Of a DNA stretch of 32,066 nt, positions 17,804 through 24,373 are shown one piece after another (position 1 is the first letter of the stretch; each line of letters opens with the position of its first letter). Where the stretch lies: the NCBI GenBank assembly GCA_030627725.1, contig DAOVSZ010000002.1, positions 1-32,066 on the forward strand, read 5' to 3'. The notes under the pieces were generated by a model. That model saw only the letters and a program-made list of their open reading frames with translations, was not told the DNA's origin and ran no database searches. Origin of the DNA: Desulfobulbaceae bacterium. Lineage in GTDB: Bacteria > Desulfobacterota > Desulfobulbia > Desulfobulbales > DAOVSZ01. The position numbers were made by a program, and so were the translations under genes.

Positions 17804-19762
17804 TTACTTTTCTTGTTGCGTTTCATCCTTACATGCAGCAGGCAGATGAATCTTCACCTTCATTCCCACCTCTTTTTTCTCCAGTTCAAAATGCCCGCCA
17901 TGTGCGGTGAGAACGCGTTCCACCATTGTAAGGCCCATTCCAGTCCCATACGTTTTGGTGGTAAAAAAAGAGTCCTTTGCTTTATCGAGATGTGCATCAG
18001 CCATCCCGACGCCGGTGTCGGTTATGGTTATTTGAATCCAGTCTCCTTCAACGTGCACCAGGAGTCCAAGAGTACCGCCTGATGGCATTGCCTCAATCGC
18101 ATTCTTGAAGATGTGCAGAAACATCTGCCGCATCTGCCTGGGATCTGCAAACAAGGCTGGTTCCAGTTCATGAAAATCCTGCTCAACGACAATATTCTGG
18201 TCAGTCAGGTTCTTCTGAACAAGCATCAGGGTCTTTCTTATCAGGTTGTAGAGTGATACCTGCTCCTTCCTGAGCTGAGACTGGGTAACAAAATCAAAAA
18301 GATCCTCAAGCGTTGATTCCAACCGGGCTGTCTCCTTGATCATGACCGTGAGATATTTTTCCCACTCCTTGTCCTTGACCTTCTTGGCCAGGATTCTCGC
18401 AACGCCGCCAATAGAGGTAATAGGATTACGAATGACATGAACCATCTGGGCAGACATCTGTCCCAGCGCTGAATATCGTTCGGCATCAACCAGAAGGTCC
18501 TTGTTTTTATCGAGTTCGTGATACAACTCCTCCTGCTCATGGATCTTTGCCTGCATATCCATATAGAGGTGACTATGCTCAATGGCAAGGCTCGCCTGAC
18601 TGGCAAAAAGCTCCAGCGCGCTGATGTGACTGTCGGTAATTGGATTCCTGGTAATAAAATTATCAGCAATAATCACCCCAAAGGACCTGCCAGGGGAGTA
18701 TAAGGGAACAACGACAAAATTAGCTTCGTTTAAAAGTTCGATAAGCCCATGAGGAACCTCTAACCGCAGGCCGGAGGAACCATTATTGTCTCTCCTGTCA
18801 AGATGCTCCGGAAGGGTGTCGCCGTTCTGGGCGTTCACCCAGATATTTCTTCGCTCCAGAAGAATGGGTGCGCAGCCGTTTTCTTCACTGACCCGGATAC
18901 TTCTTCGCTCAAGCGCAGATTTAATCAAAATATGATCGGTATCCGTGATTGGAACACGGATATTCTTGATCACGTTATTTACTTCGGAATCGTTCTGGCA
19001 CTCACTCTCTCTGATGTTCTTGACAAGGTCCAGGAAGTTAAAACCCTTTTCCTCCAATTCATGCCATATCCTGCTCGCAGCCTCCCTGCAGGTCGATCCG
19101 ATCGCCATACGGCCTTCCAGGACCTGATTTTTCTCATCGAACATGACGAGAAAGGCCCTGTTGAACCGCAAGCCCTCGTTTGCAGTGATACCTACCAGGA
19201 TAGCCCGAAGAATTTCATCCAGCTCCACCGTACTGAGATAGACTGAATTCATATTCAGGGAAAGCTGATGCATCAATTGGATTCGAAAATGGGCCTTTTC
19301 CAGGTCTTCCTGATACTTCCGATTTTCGAAGATAAGGCGCCGTTTCTCAAGGGTCTTTTTAACCACAAAGAGGATTTCATGAAATTTGGACGGTTTTGAG
19401 AGATAATCATCGGCGCCTTTACGGATACAGTCCAGTGCTGTCTGAAGGTCCGCAACACCGGTAAGCATGACAATAGCCATGTCAGGATACTCTTTCACCA
19501 GTTCCGGGATAAGAGTAACACCATCGGTGTCCGGCAGGCCGATATCCAGAAGGACCAAGGCGACTTTGCGCGAGGAAAGCACCTGTTTCAAATCAGTGGC
19601 ATTTGAAGTATCCTCAACAGCCAGGCCCTGATCGCTGAGATACATCTTCAAAGGTTCCCGAATAGCAGGATCATCATCAACAATGACGACAATCTCGCCA
19701 TTGGTAAGGAGCAGATCAGGACTCAGGGAAGCATGATAATAGCCTGCAACGTTTTTTATCAT
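17804..19762 (-). CDS. Hybrid sensor: REC - GAF-like - HisKA - HATPase_c histidine kinase
   Basis: 652 aa. The N-terminal receiver has VVIVDDD and LVLLDIGLPDTDG. The central domain is GAF-like (ILVGITANEGLRFNRAFLVMFD ... VVVPLYSPGRSFGVIIADN). The H-box is QMVHVIRNPITSIGG. The ATP-binding G-boxes are DTGVGM and GTGMGLTMV. Confidence 0.85.
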   Translation of the reverse strand: MIKNVAGYYHASLSPDLLLTNGEIVVIVDDDPAIREPLKMYLSDQGLAVEDTSNATDLKQVLSSRKVALVLLDIGLPDTDGVTLIPELVKEYPDMAIVMLTGVADLQTALDCIRKGADDYLSKPSKFHEILFVVKKTLEKRRLIFENRKYQEDLEKAHFRIQLMHQLSLNMNSVYLSTVELDEILRAILVGITANEGLRFNRAFLVMFDEKNQVLEGRMAIGSTCREAASRIWHELEEKGFNFLDLVKNIRESECQNDSEVNNVIKNIRVPITDTDHILIKSALERRSIRVSEENGCAPILLERRNIWVNAQNGDTLPEHLDRRDNNGSSGLRLEVPHGLIELLNEANFVVVPLYSPGRSFGVIIADNFITRNPITDSHISALELFASQASLAIEHSHLYMDMQAKIHEQEELYHELDKNKDLLVDAERYSALGQMSAQMVHVIRNPITSIGGVARILAKKVKDKEWEKYLTVMIKETARLESTLEDLFDFVTQSQLRKEQVSLYNLIRKTLMLVQKNLTDQNIVVEQDFHELEPALFADPRQMRQMFLHIFKNAIEAMPSGGTLGLLVHVEGDWIQITITDTGVGMADAHLDKAKDSFFTTKTYGTGMGLTMVERVLTAHGGHFELEKKEVGMKVKIHLPAACKDETQQEK

Positions 19763-19870
19763 CTCACTCTATGCTTAATTTCTCAATTTTCACTACTGCA
19801 TTCTCGTACGTATACCTATTATGCTACAAGATCGCAAAACTTCAAAAGAATTTTATTGAAATCGACAAAG

Positions 19871-19893
19871 AAAAAAAAGGCCCCAAAGGGACC
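19871..19893 (-). terminator. Intrinsic terminator ending the YedE-TusA-DsrE operon
   Basis: On the minus strand, GGUCCC-UUU-GGGGCC (19893-19879, with one G:U pair) is followed by U8 (complement of the A-run at 19871-19878). The same position is a C:A mismatch on the plus strand, so the element is oriented for the minus strand. Confidence 0.65.
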
Positions 19894-19933
19894 TTTTTAC
19901 TTCTCTAAATATCTATGATGTAACGAGCCGGGA

Positions 19934-20107
19934 TTACCACCAGCAGATGGTCTGGTCGGCATCATATATCTTGTCGACAAGTGCGTCATAATCAGGGCTG
20001 TCGCCACTTAAGTCAACACTGTCTGAATCCCGGTCCCTGGTAACGATCTCAACCAATTTCTTTGTTGTATCATCTGGTGCGGAACGATATACATTCAAAA
20101 TTTTCAT
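19934..20107 (-). CDS. Small conserved-hypothetical protein, last gene of the sulfur-relay operon ('CHP2')
   Basis: 57 aa from the ATG at 20107: MKILNVYRSAPDDTTKKLVEIV...DADQTICWW. GAGGAG lies 9 nt upstream. The ORF-track start at 20116 is a TTG that abuts the SD. The protein is acidic and ends in C-W-W. Confidence 0.6.
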   Translation of the reverse strand: MKILNVYRSAPDDTTKKLVEIVTRDRDSDSVDLSGDSPDYDALVDKIYDADQTICWW

Positions 20108-20127
20108 AGCATTCAACTCCTCGTGCT

Positions 20128-20433
20128 CTATTTGATCCCGTAAGGAATGATGTTTGTCATCTCACGCAGTTTTTCGCCGAGTTCCTCGATGGTTATGCTC
20201 TCAACGCCGTTCTTTTCACAATTCACCGTTTCGGTGGAGTAGATCTCTCCCTCCATGTCGCGGAGCATCTCAAGAGCTTCCTGCTGATCTTCATTCAGCG
20301 TATCCATTTCATGACCCAGGACCGCTCCGTAGGCATACATATTTTCTACGGCCAGACCGAGGGCGGAACGCATTCCATCAATGGTGTAATCCTTATGCCT
20401 GTACATAAAGCAGACTTTCTTGTATTCTGACAT
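20128..20433 (-). CDS. DsrE/F/H-fold-like small protein ('CHP1') of the sulfur-relay operon
   Basis: 101 aa. The N-terminal KKVCFMYRHKDYTIDGMRSALGLAVENMYAYGAVL resembles the beta-alpha start of DsrE/DsrF/DsrH-family proteins. It begins 10 nt after the DsrE-like gene, and GGGGGTGA precedes the ATG. Confidence 0.55.
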   Translation of the reverse strand: MSEYKKVCFMYRHKDYTIDGMRSALGLAVENMYAYGAVLGHEMDTLNEDQQEALEMLRDMEGEIYSTETVNCEKNGVESITIEELGEKLREMTNIIPYGIK

Positions 20434-20443
20434 TCTTCACCCC

Positions 20444-20758
20444 CTATAAATTAATGTAACACTCGTAATCTTCAAGAATAGCGCCATGCTGGGCCTGTGT
20501 ACCCATTTCTTTTTCGGTCAGGCCGGCCGGCACGTCGGTAACTTCATAGCCCATCTTTTTGTAACTGTCAGCGCAGATCGAGACATCGTCGGCAAGCTCA
20601 CAGAGAGCAGGGAACTCATCTAATTTCGCACACTTGGTGCCGGACCATGTAAAAAAGACCTTTACTTTTGAGCCCTTTGCCTTGGCTGCCTTGGTGATAC
20701 CCATCACGTGACGCCAGTTGTCAGGGTTTGTGACAAAAATTCCTAAACTCTTAGCCAT
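20444..20758 (-). CDS. DsrE-like sulfur-relay protein
   Basis: 104 aa from the ATG at 20758 (MAKSLGIFVTNPDNWRHV..). GGAGGA lies 4-5 nt upstream. The ORF-track N-terminal extension overlaps the SD. The DsrE-type pattern includes a candidate active Cys in VSICADSY. Confidence 0.7.
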   Translation of the reverse strand: MAKSLGIFVTNPDNWRHVMGITKAAKAKGSKVKVFFTWSGTKCAKLDEFPALCELADDVSICADSYKKMGYEVTDVPAGLTEKEMGTQAQHGAILEDYECYINL

Positions 20759-20838
20759 GTTGTCCTCCATATCAGAGTAATATGCCGCTTCAGAAGATAT
20801 CCTCTGAGGCGGCATACCATTTTTAAGTCTTTGCAGAA

Positions 20839-21075
20839 TTAGCCTTTTTTGATGAAGAATCTAAAGAAACCCTCTTCGTCCTTTGCGCCAAGGAACTCAT
20901 GTCCGGATCGCTCACACCAACCGGGCAGATCATTCTTTGAACCGGGATCGGTTCCCATGACCTCCAGAATCTGGCCGGAACTGATCTTGTTAATGGCCTT
21001 TTTTGTCCGCAGCAGGGGCATCGGGCAGCTCAACCCTTTGGCATCCAATACTTCATCAGCTTTAATGTCATCCAT
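20839..21075 (-). CDS. tusA: TusA/SirA-family sulfur carrier protein
   Basis: 78 aa with the diagnostic LDAKGLSCPMPLLRTKKA (CPxP active-site Cys). AAGGAGG precedes the ATG. Confidence 0.9.
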   Translation of the reverse strand: MDDIKADEVLDAKGLSCPMPLLRTKKAINKISSGQILEVMGTDPGSKNDLPGWCERSGHEFLGAKDEEGFFRFFIKKG

Positions 21076-21149
21076 AATAATCCTCCTTGTTCAGGTATTA
21101 AGTGGTTTGTCAGTTACGAAAACGTAATTATATTTTTGCTAATGATAAA

Positions 21150-22412
21150 TTACATCTCCAGCGTAAATTTATTTGTGTCCTCATTCCAGTCTACAAGCAC
21201 GTACCAGACTCCCATGACAAGAAATATCAAAGCCAGGGTGCCGCCATAGCCCAGAAAGGTGTTGGGCAGATAGAGAAAGGAACCAAGTTTTCCGGCATTG
21301 GTGATCTCCTCTTCCACAAAGGCTTCCATACCTTCCAGCTCGTTCAGTTTGACTATCAGGCTGCCAAGCGCACAGGTAATGCCGAAGAAAGGTGTTACGA
21401 TCCACAGCTTGATCTGGCCCTCGCCAACACGCCAGAGGGTGCCGGTTCCACATCCGCCTGCCTGAATGGCGCCGAACGCAAAGAGAATTCCGCCGACAAC
21501 GCCGCCCCAGCCAAAGGTGCCGCGTACATATTGCATCCAGTACCAATCAAAATCATCCATGGCGGAGAATCTGTACTTTATAATAGCGATGCCGGCAGCC
21601 AGAATAACAACACTCAGAGCCACGGATTTGGCAAGCTCGCAGTCACCGGTCATGTGGGGCTCCCTGAAGCCCTGGATCATGCACCAGCGGGCACGCTGAA
21701 ATACATATCCAAGCGCCGCTGCAATGGCCAGTATCCCGGACAACTTATGAAGGCCGTCATCTTCGCTGCCGGCATAGCAGTAAACACCGTAGACCAGAGC
21801 GATCAGTGCGCATATCCCTAAGACTGTCTTCAGAGCGCCCGGCAATTCAATGGTCTTGCCGCCGGTAGTGCCCCATTCTATATGTTCCATCTCCCAAAAG
21901 ACATATTTCAGGCCCAGGATTGCGCCGATAACAAGTCCGAGCATCATTGCAAAACCGTGGGCTGAAAGGTTGCCGATGGCATTATAGAAACCGCCGACAT
22001 TACAGCCGCCGGCCAAGGTCGCGCCAACGCCCATGAAGATACCGGCAAACATCGCCTTGATCATCTCCAGCTTAGGCGGGATATTAAACGCAAAATCCCC
22101 TCCAAGGCAGGCGGAAAGAAAGGCGCCTCCGACAAACGCGATACCGATGACCGAACCGGTATGAGTCAGAAAAGCGCCAGGCTGGTCGGACAACTCACTG
22201 AAACCCAGGGTGTCCCAGAGGCCGACGCCGTAAATAATCCATTCGCCCCAGTTCCTGACGGCGCCTACCGCGCCCCAGGGACGGGCCCAGGCCAGCATAA
22301 GAATACTCAGCAAAGCGATGAGGATTCCTGCTGTATTCGCACTCCAGTTGTCCTTACACAACACTTTGTAAAGCCCACTGATCTTACTGCCCATTACATT
22401 CTCATCACTCAT
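21150..22412 (-). CDS. yedE: YeeE/YedE-family membrane protein (thiosulfate/sulfur-compound transporter-like)
   Basis: 420-aa polytopic protein with Gly-rich helices and family-typical Cys loops: SACLGGDF, LAGGCNVGGFY and QAGGCGTGTLW. GAGGAGGGGG precedes the ATG. Confidence 0.85.
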   Translation of the reverse strand: MSDENVMGSKISGLYKVLCKDNWSANTAGILIALLSILMLAWARPWGAVGAVRNWGEWIIYGVGLWDTLGFSELSDQPGAFLTHTGSVIGIAFVGGAFLSACLGGDFAFNIPPKLEMIKAMFAGIFMGVGATLAGGCNVGGFYNAIGNLSAHGFAMMLGLVIGAILGLKYVFWEMEHIEWGTTGGKTIELPGALKTVLGICALIALVYGVYCYAGSEDDGLHKLSGILAIAAALGYVFQRARWCMIQGFREPHMTGDCELAKSVALSVVILAAGIAIIKYRFSAMDDFDWYWMQYVRGTFGWGGVVGGILFAFGAIQAGGCGTGTLWRVGEGQIKLWIVTPFFGITCALGSLIVKLNELEGMEAFVEEEITNAGKLGSFLYLPNTFLGYGGTLALIFLVMGVWYVLVDWNEDTNKFTLEM

Positions 22413-22528
22413 ACGCTCCCCCTCCTCTCATATCTGGTTATCTTAAAACTGAAACCCGCAGTTCCCCGCAGGCAGATTAAGCTTTGAAGAAAATCACGAA
22501 ACCGCTTTTAAAGAAATGACTTAACCAG

Positions 22529-22570
22529 TGAATCATTTGAATCATTATTTTAAAAATGAATCAGCATTCA
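22529..22570. promoter_or_regulatory. Candidate operator: three TGAATCA heptamers between the promoter and yedE
   Basis: TGAATCATT TGAATCATT (22529-22546) is a tandem 9-mer. A third TGAATCA at 22557-22563 is embedded in the palindrome TGAAT-CAGC-ATTCA (22557-22570). Each heptamer is itself TGA-A-TCA. The site lies just downstream of the predicted -10. Confidence 0.4.
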
Positions 22571-22578
22571 GAAATTTT

Positions 22579-22607
22579 TTATTACTCATAACACGGGGTT
22601 TTGTCAA
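22579..22607 (-). promoter_or_regulatory. Sigma-70-type promoter candidate for the yedE operon
   Basis: On the minus strand, a perfect TTGACA (22607-22602), a 17-nt spacer, then TAATAA (22584-22579). It sits in an AT-rich 390-bp intergenic region. Confidence 0.5.
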
Positions 22608-22794
22608 GTTTTGTTATAGAAAATCTCCTAATTTATCTTTACAAAGGTGTTTTTTCTTCGTCCGACTCCATCCCCCTTTAATGGCGTAAGCAGCGGTAAC
22701 CTGTTAATAACAAAAATGATCCTGCAGCACAGGGCGAACAGCATTGCCCAAAAATAAAAAATACCACATAGTAGTGTTTTTTTGCAAACAGGAG

Positions 22795-22824
22795 AAAAAT
22801 GAAGACCTTTGCGGCAAAGGTCTT
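22795..22824 (-). terminator. Intrinsic terminator after the 110-aa gene
   Basis: A perfect 10-bp stem AAGACCTTTG (22802-22811) / CAAAGGTCTT (22815-22824) with a 3-nt loop. On the minus strand it is followed by CATTTTT. It begins 8 nt after the stop at 22832. Confidence 0.6.
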
Positions 22825-22831
22825 GCGGGTA

Positions 22832-23164
22832 TCACGCCTTAATCTTCTCTTCAAAAAGCAGTGTATCAATAAATTGAAGAAGGAAATCCCTCTGGGCAAT
22901 TGTGGCATAGCTGATACACGAACAGTGCAGGTTACTCTGACTTCGCACCAGCAATTCAAAGATCAGACAATTTTCACTCAATTCAACCGGGAAATAAAAA
23001 GGACCGCATGCATCATGTCCCTGCTGGGCATCTGCCAGAAGATCCGGCGGGAGCTGCAGCCAGAACATACCGTCAATCGCGCCGGGCAAAAGCGTTCTTT
23101 TCAAGTAACTGTCGATATTTGCCCTTTCCTCCCGGGTCAGCTCATCAATTCGAAATTGTCTCAT
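22832..23164 (-). CDS. Hypothetical protein (110 aa)
   Basis: I prefer the ATG at 23164 (MRQFRIDELTREERANIDSYL..), which has AGGAG 8 nt upstream. The ORF opens at 23239. The composition is protein-like, unlike the overlapping plus-strand ORF. I recognise no family. Confidence 0.55.
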   Translation of the reverse strand: MRQFRIDELTREERANIDSYLKRTLLPGAIDGMFWLQLPPDLLADAQQGHDACGPFYFPVELSENCLIFELLVRSQSNLHCSCISYATIAQRDFLLQFIDTLLFEEKIKA

Positions 23165-23329
23165 AAAATGTGCTCCTGTTTTGTTCTCCTCTAAAAACCT
23201 TTTTCTTTCGATTTTGAAGTTTTTACCGTAAACCGTCAACTGTCAACCGTAAACTTAATCGAAGCAGAAGCATGTATAGTCACCTTTATACACAAGATTT
23301 AAACCAGAGAAAATTTTTCTAGGTAAGCG

Positions 23330-23659
23330 CTAAACATCACCATTTCCGCCTTTCCCCCAGAGCGGATCCTGACCGAAACGGTCCATCCACCAGTCCTCGG
23401 CATCATGGACCTCTTCGGCCTTGCCGGAAAGGGGGCAGCGATAGCTGGTACAATAGTTCAGCAGGATCTGGTACGCCTCGGTCAACTCATGCATATCAAC
23501 TATCCCTTGTCCGCCGATTTTCCCGGAATCCGCTACATCCGGATGACATTTTTTACACATCCGCCTGTACGCTTTTTTTACCTCCAGCAGACTGGCGCGG
23601 TCCTTTAAGCCGAGAAGGAGAGCCGCCTCAGTGATTTTCTTCCATTTCCGTTTGTTCAT
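23330..23659 (-). CDS. Small J-domain (DnaJ-like) protein
   Basis: 109 aa. The J-domain signature is LLEVKKAYRRMCKKCHPDV (HPD tripeptide). There is no Gly/Phe or zinc-finger region. Its ATG overlaps the plsY stop (ATGA at 23656-23659). Confidence 0.8.
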   Translation of the reverse strand: MNKRKWKKITEAALLLGLKDRASLLEVKKAYRRMCKKCHPDVADSGKIGGQGIVDMHELTEAYQILLNYCTSYRCPLSGKAEEVHDAEDWWMDRFGQDPLWGKGGNGDV

Positions 23660-24261
23660 TCTTTCGGGGCCTTTTTCCAGCTTTTTTCTTCATGATGGAT
23701 AAGCCGGACGATATTCTCGCGATGCCTGAGCCAGATGAAAAAAGCAATGCAGACGGCAAGAACGGTCTTTTCCAGCGAACCACTCAGAAACCAGACAAAA
23801 CAGGGTGTCAAGGCTGAGGCGGCAAGCGAGCCGACAGAGACATATCCTGTCAGAAAAACGGCAAGGGCAAAGACAACAAGGGCTGCAGGCACTGCCGGGG
23901 GAACACAATAGAGAACTACACCCAGTGCCGTGGCGACCCCTTTGCCTCCTTTAAATCTCAGGTAGACAGGATAAAGATGACCGAGAAAAGCAAAAAAACC
24001 TGAGAGCAGTATCCAAAGTTGCCTGGAGTCGTTGCCGGTCAGTAACCAGCCTGTCAATGCCATGGGCAGCAGGCCCTTGCCGGCATCACCGGCTAGCGTC
24101 AGAACGCCCAGTTTTTTACCCAGAAGCCGGTTGACGTTCGTTGCGCCGATATTGCCGCTGCCGGACTTCCGGATGTCCGTTCCCGCCACTTTCCCCATCA
24201 AAAGACCACAGGGAATCGAGCCGACAAGATAGGAGAATATCAGAAGAAGATAAGAAAGCAT
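23656..24261 (-). CDS. plsY: Glycerol-3-phosphate acyltransferase PlsY
   Basis: 201-aa membrane protein with LVGSIPCGLL, GSGNIGATNV and the HLYPVYLRFKGGKGVAT motifs typical of PlsY. Confidence 0.92.
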   Translation of the reverse strand: MLSYLLLIFSYLVGSIPCGLLMGKVAGTDIRKSGSGNIGATNVNRLLGKKLGVLTLAGDAGKGLLPMALTGWLLTGNDSRQLWILLSGFFAFLGHLYPVYLRFKGGKGVATALGVVLYCVPPAVPAALVVFALAVFLTGYVSVGSLAASALTPCFVWFLSGSLEKTVLAVCIAFFIWLRHRENIVRLIHHEEKSWKKAPKE

Positions 24262-24373
24262 AAGGGAATATAGTATCTTTTTTTATGACGTGCCGTATTT
24301 TTTTTGCCTTCATGAAGACAACCTGGCAGGCCCAAATCCATGCGGGGAAATAAGGGCTCGCTCAGAAATAAAA

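Noticed and set aside
17491-18082. ORFs of 77 aa (minus) and 147 aa (plus) in or overlapping the structured spacer and the 3' end of the kinase gene
   Set aside because: They have no SD and run through the palindromic element. The plus-strand ORF is antisense to the kinase. The sequences are more consistent with non-coding structure.
20759-20815. N-terminal ORF extensions: DsrE-like to 20815, PilT-like to 28299, TlpA-like to 14643, 110-aa gene to 23239, acs TTG at 29873, CHP2 TTG at 20116
   Set aside because: In each case an internal ATG is preceded by a well-spaced GGAGG-type SD, and the extension either overlaps that SD or adds a non-homologous leader. The longer forms remain possible, but I judged them less likely.
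21102-21821. 239-aa plus-strand ORF opposite yedE. The same pattern applies to 25295-26011 opposite the ExeA-like gene, 27320-27937 opposite the PilT-like gene and 11348-11803 opposite trkA.
   Set aside because: Each lies wholly inside a well-supported gene on the other strand. They lack SD sequences and have biased, low-complexity composition, which is typical of antisense frame artefacts.
22799-23194. 131-aa plus-strand ORF with a good SD (GGAGaaaaATG) overlapping the 110-aa minus-strand gene
   Set aside because: Its start codon and first codons form the terminator hairpin of the minus-strand gene. The translation is Cys/Arg/Gln-rich and unprotein-like. The minus-strand ORF has an AGGAG SD, balanced composition and a downstream terminator. 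The plus-strand ORF cannot be fully excluded without expression data.
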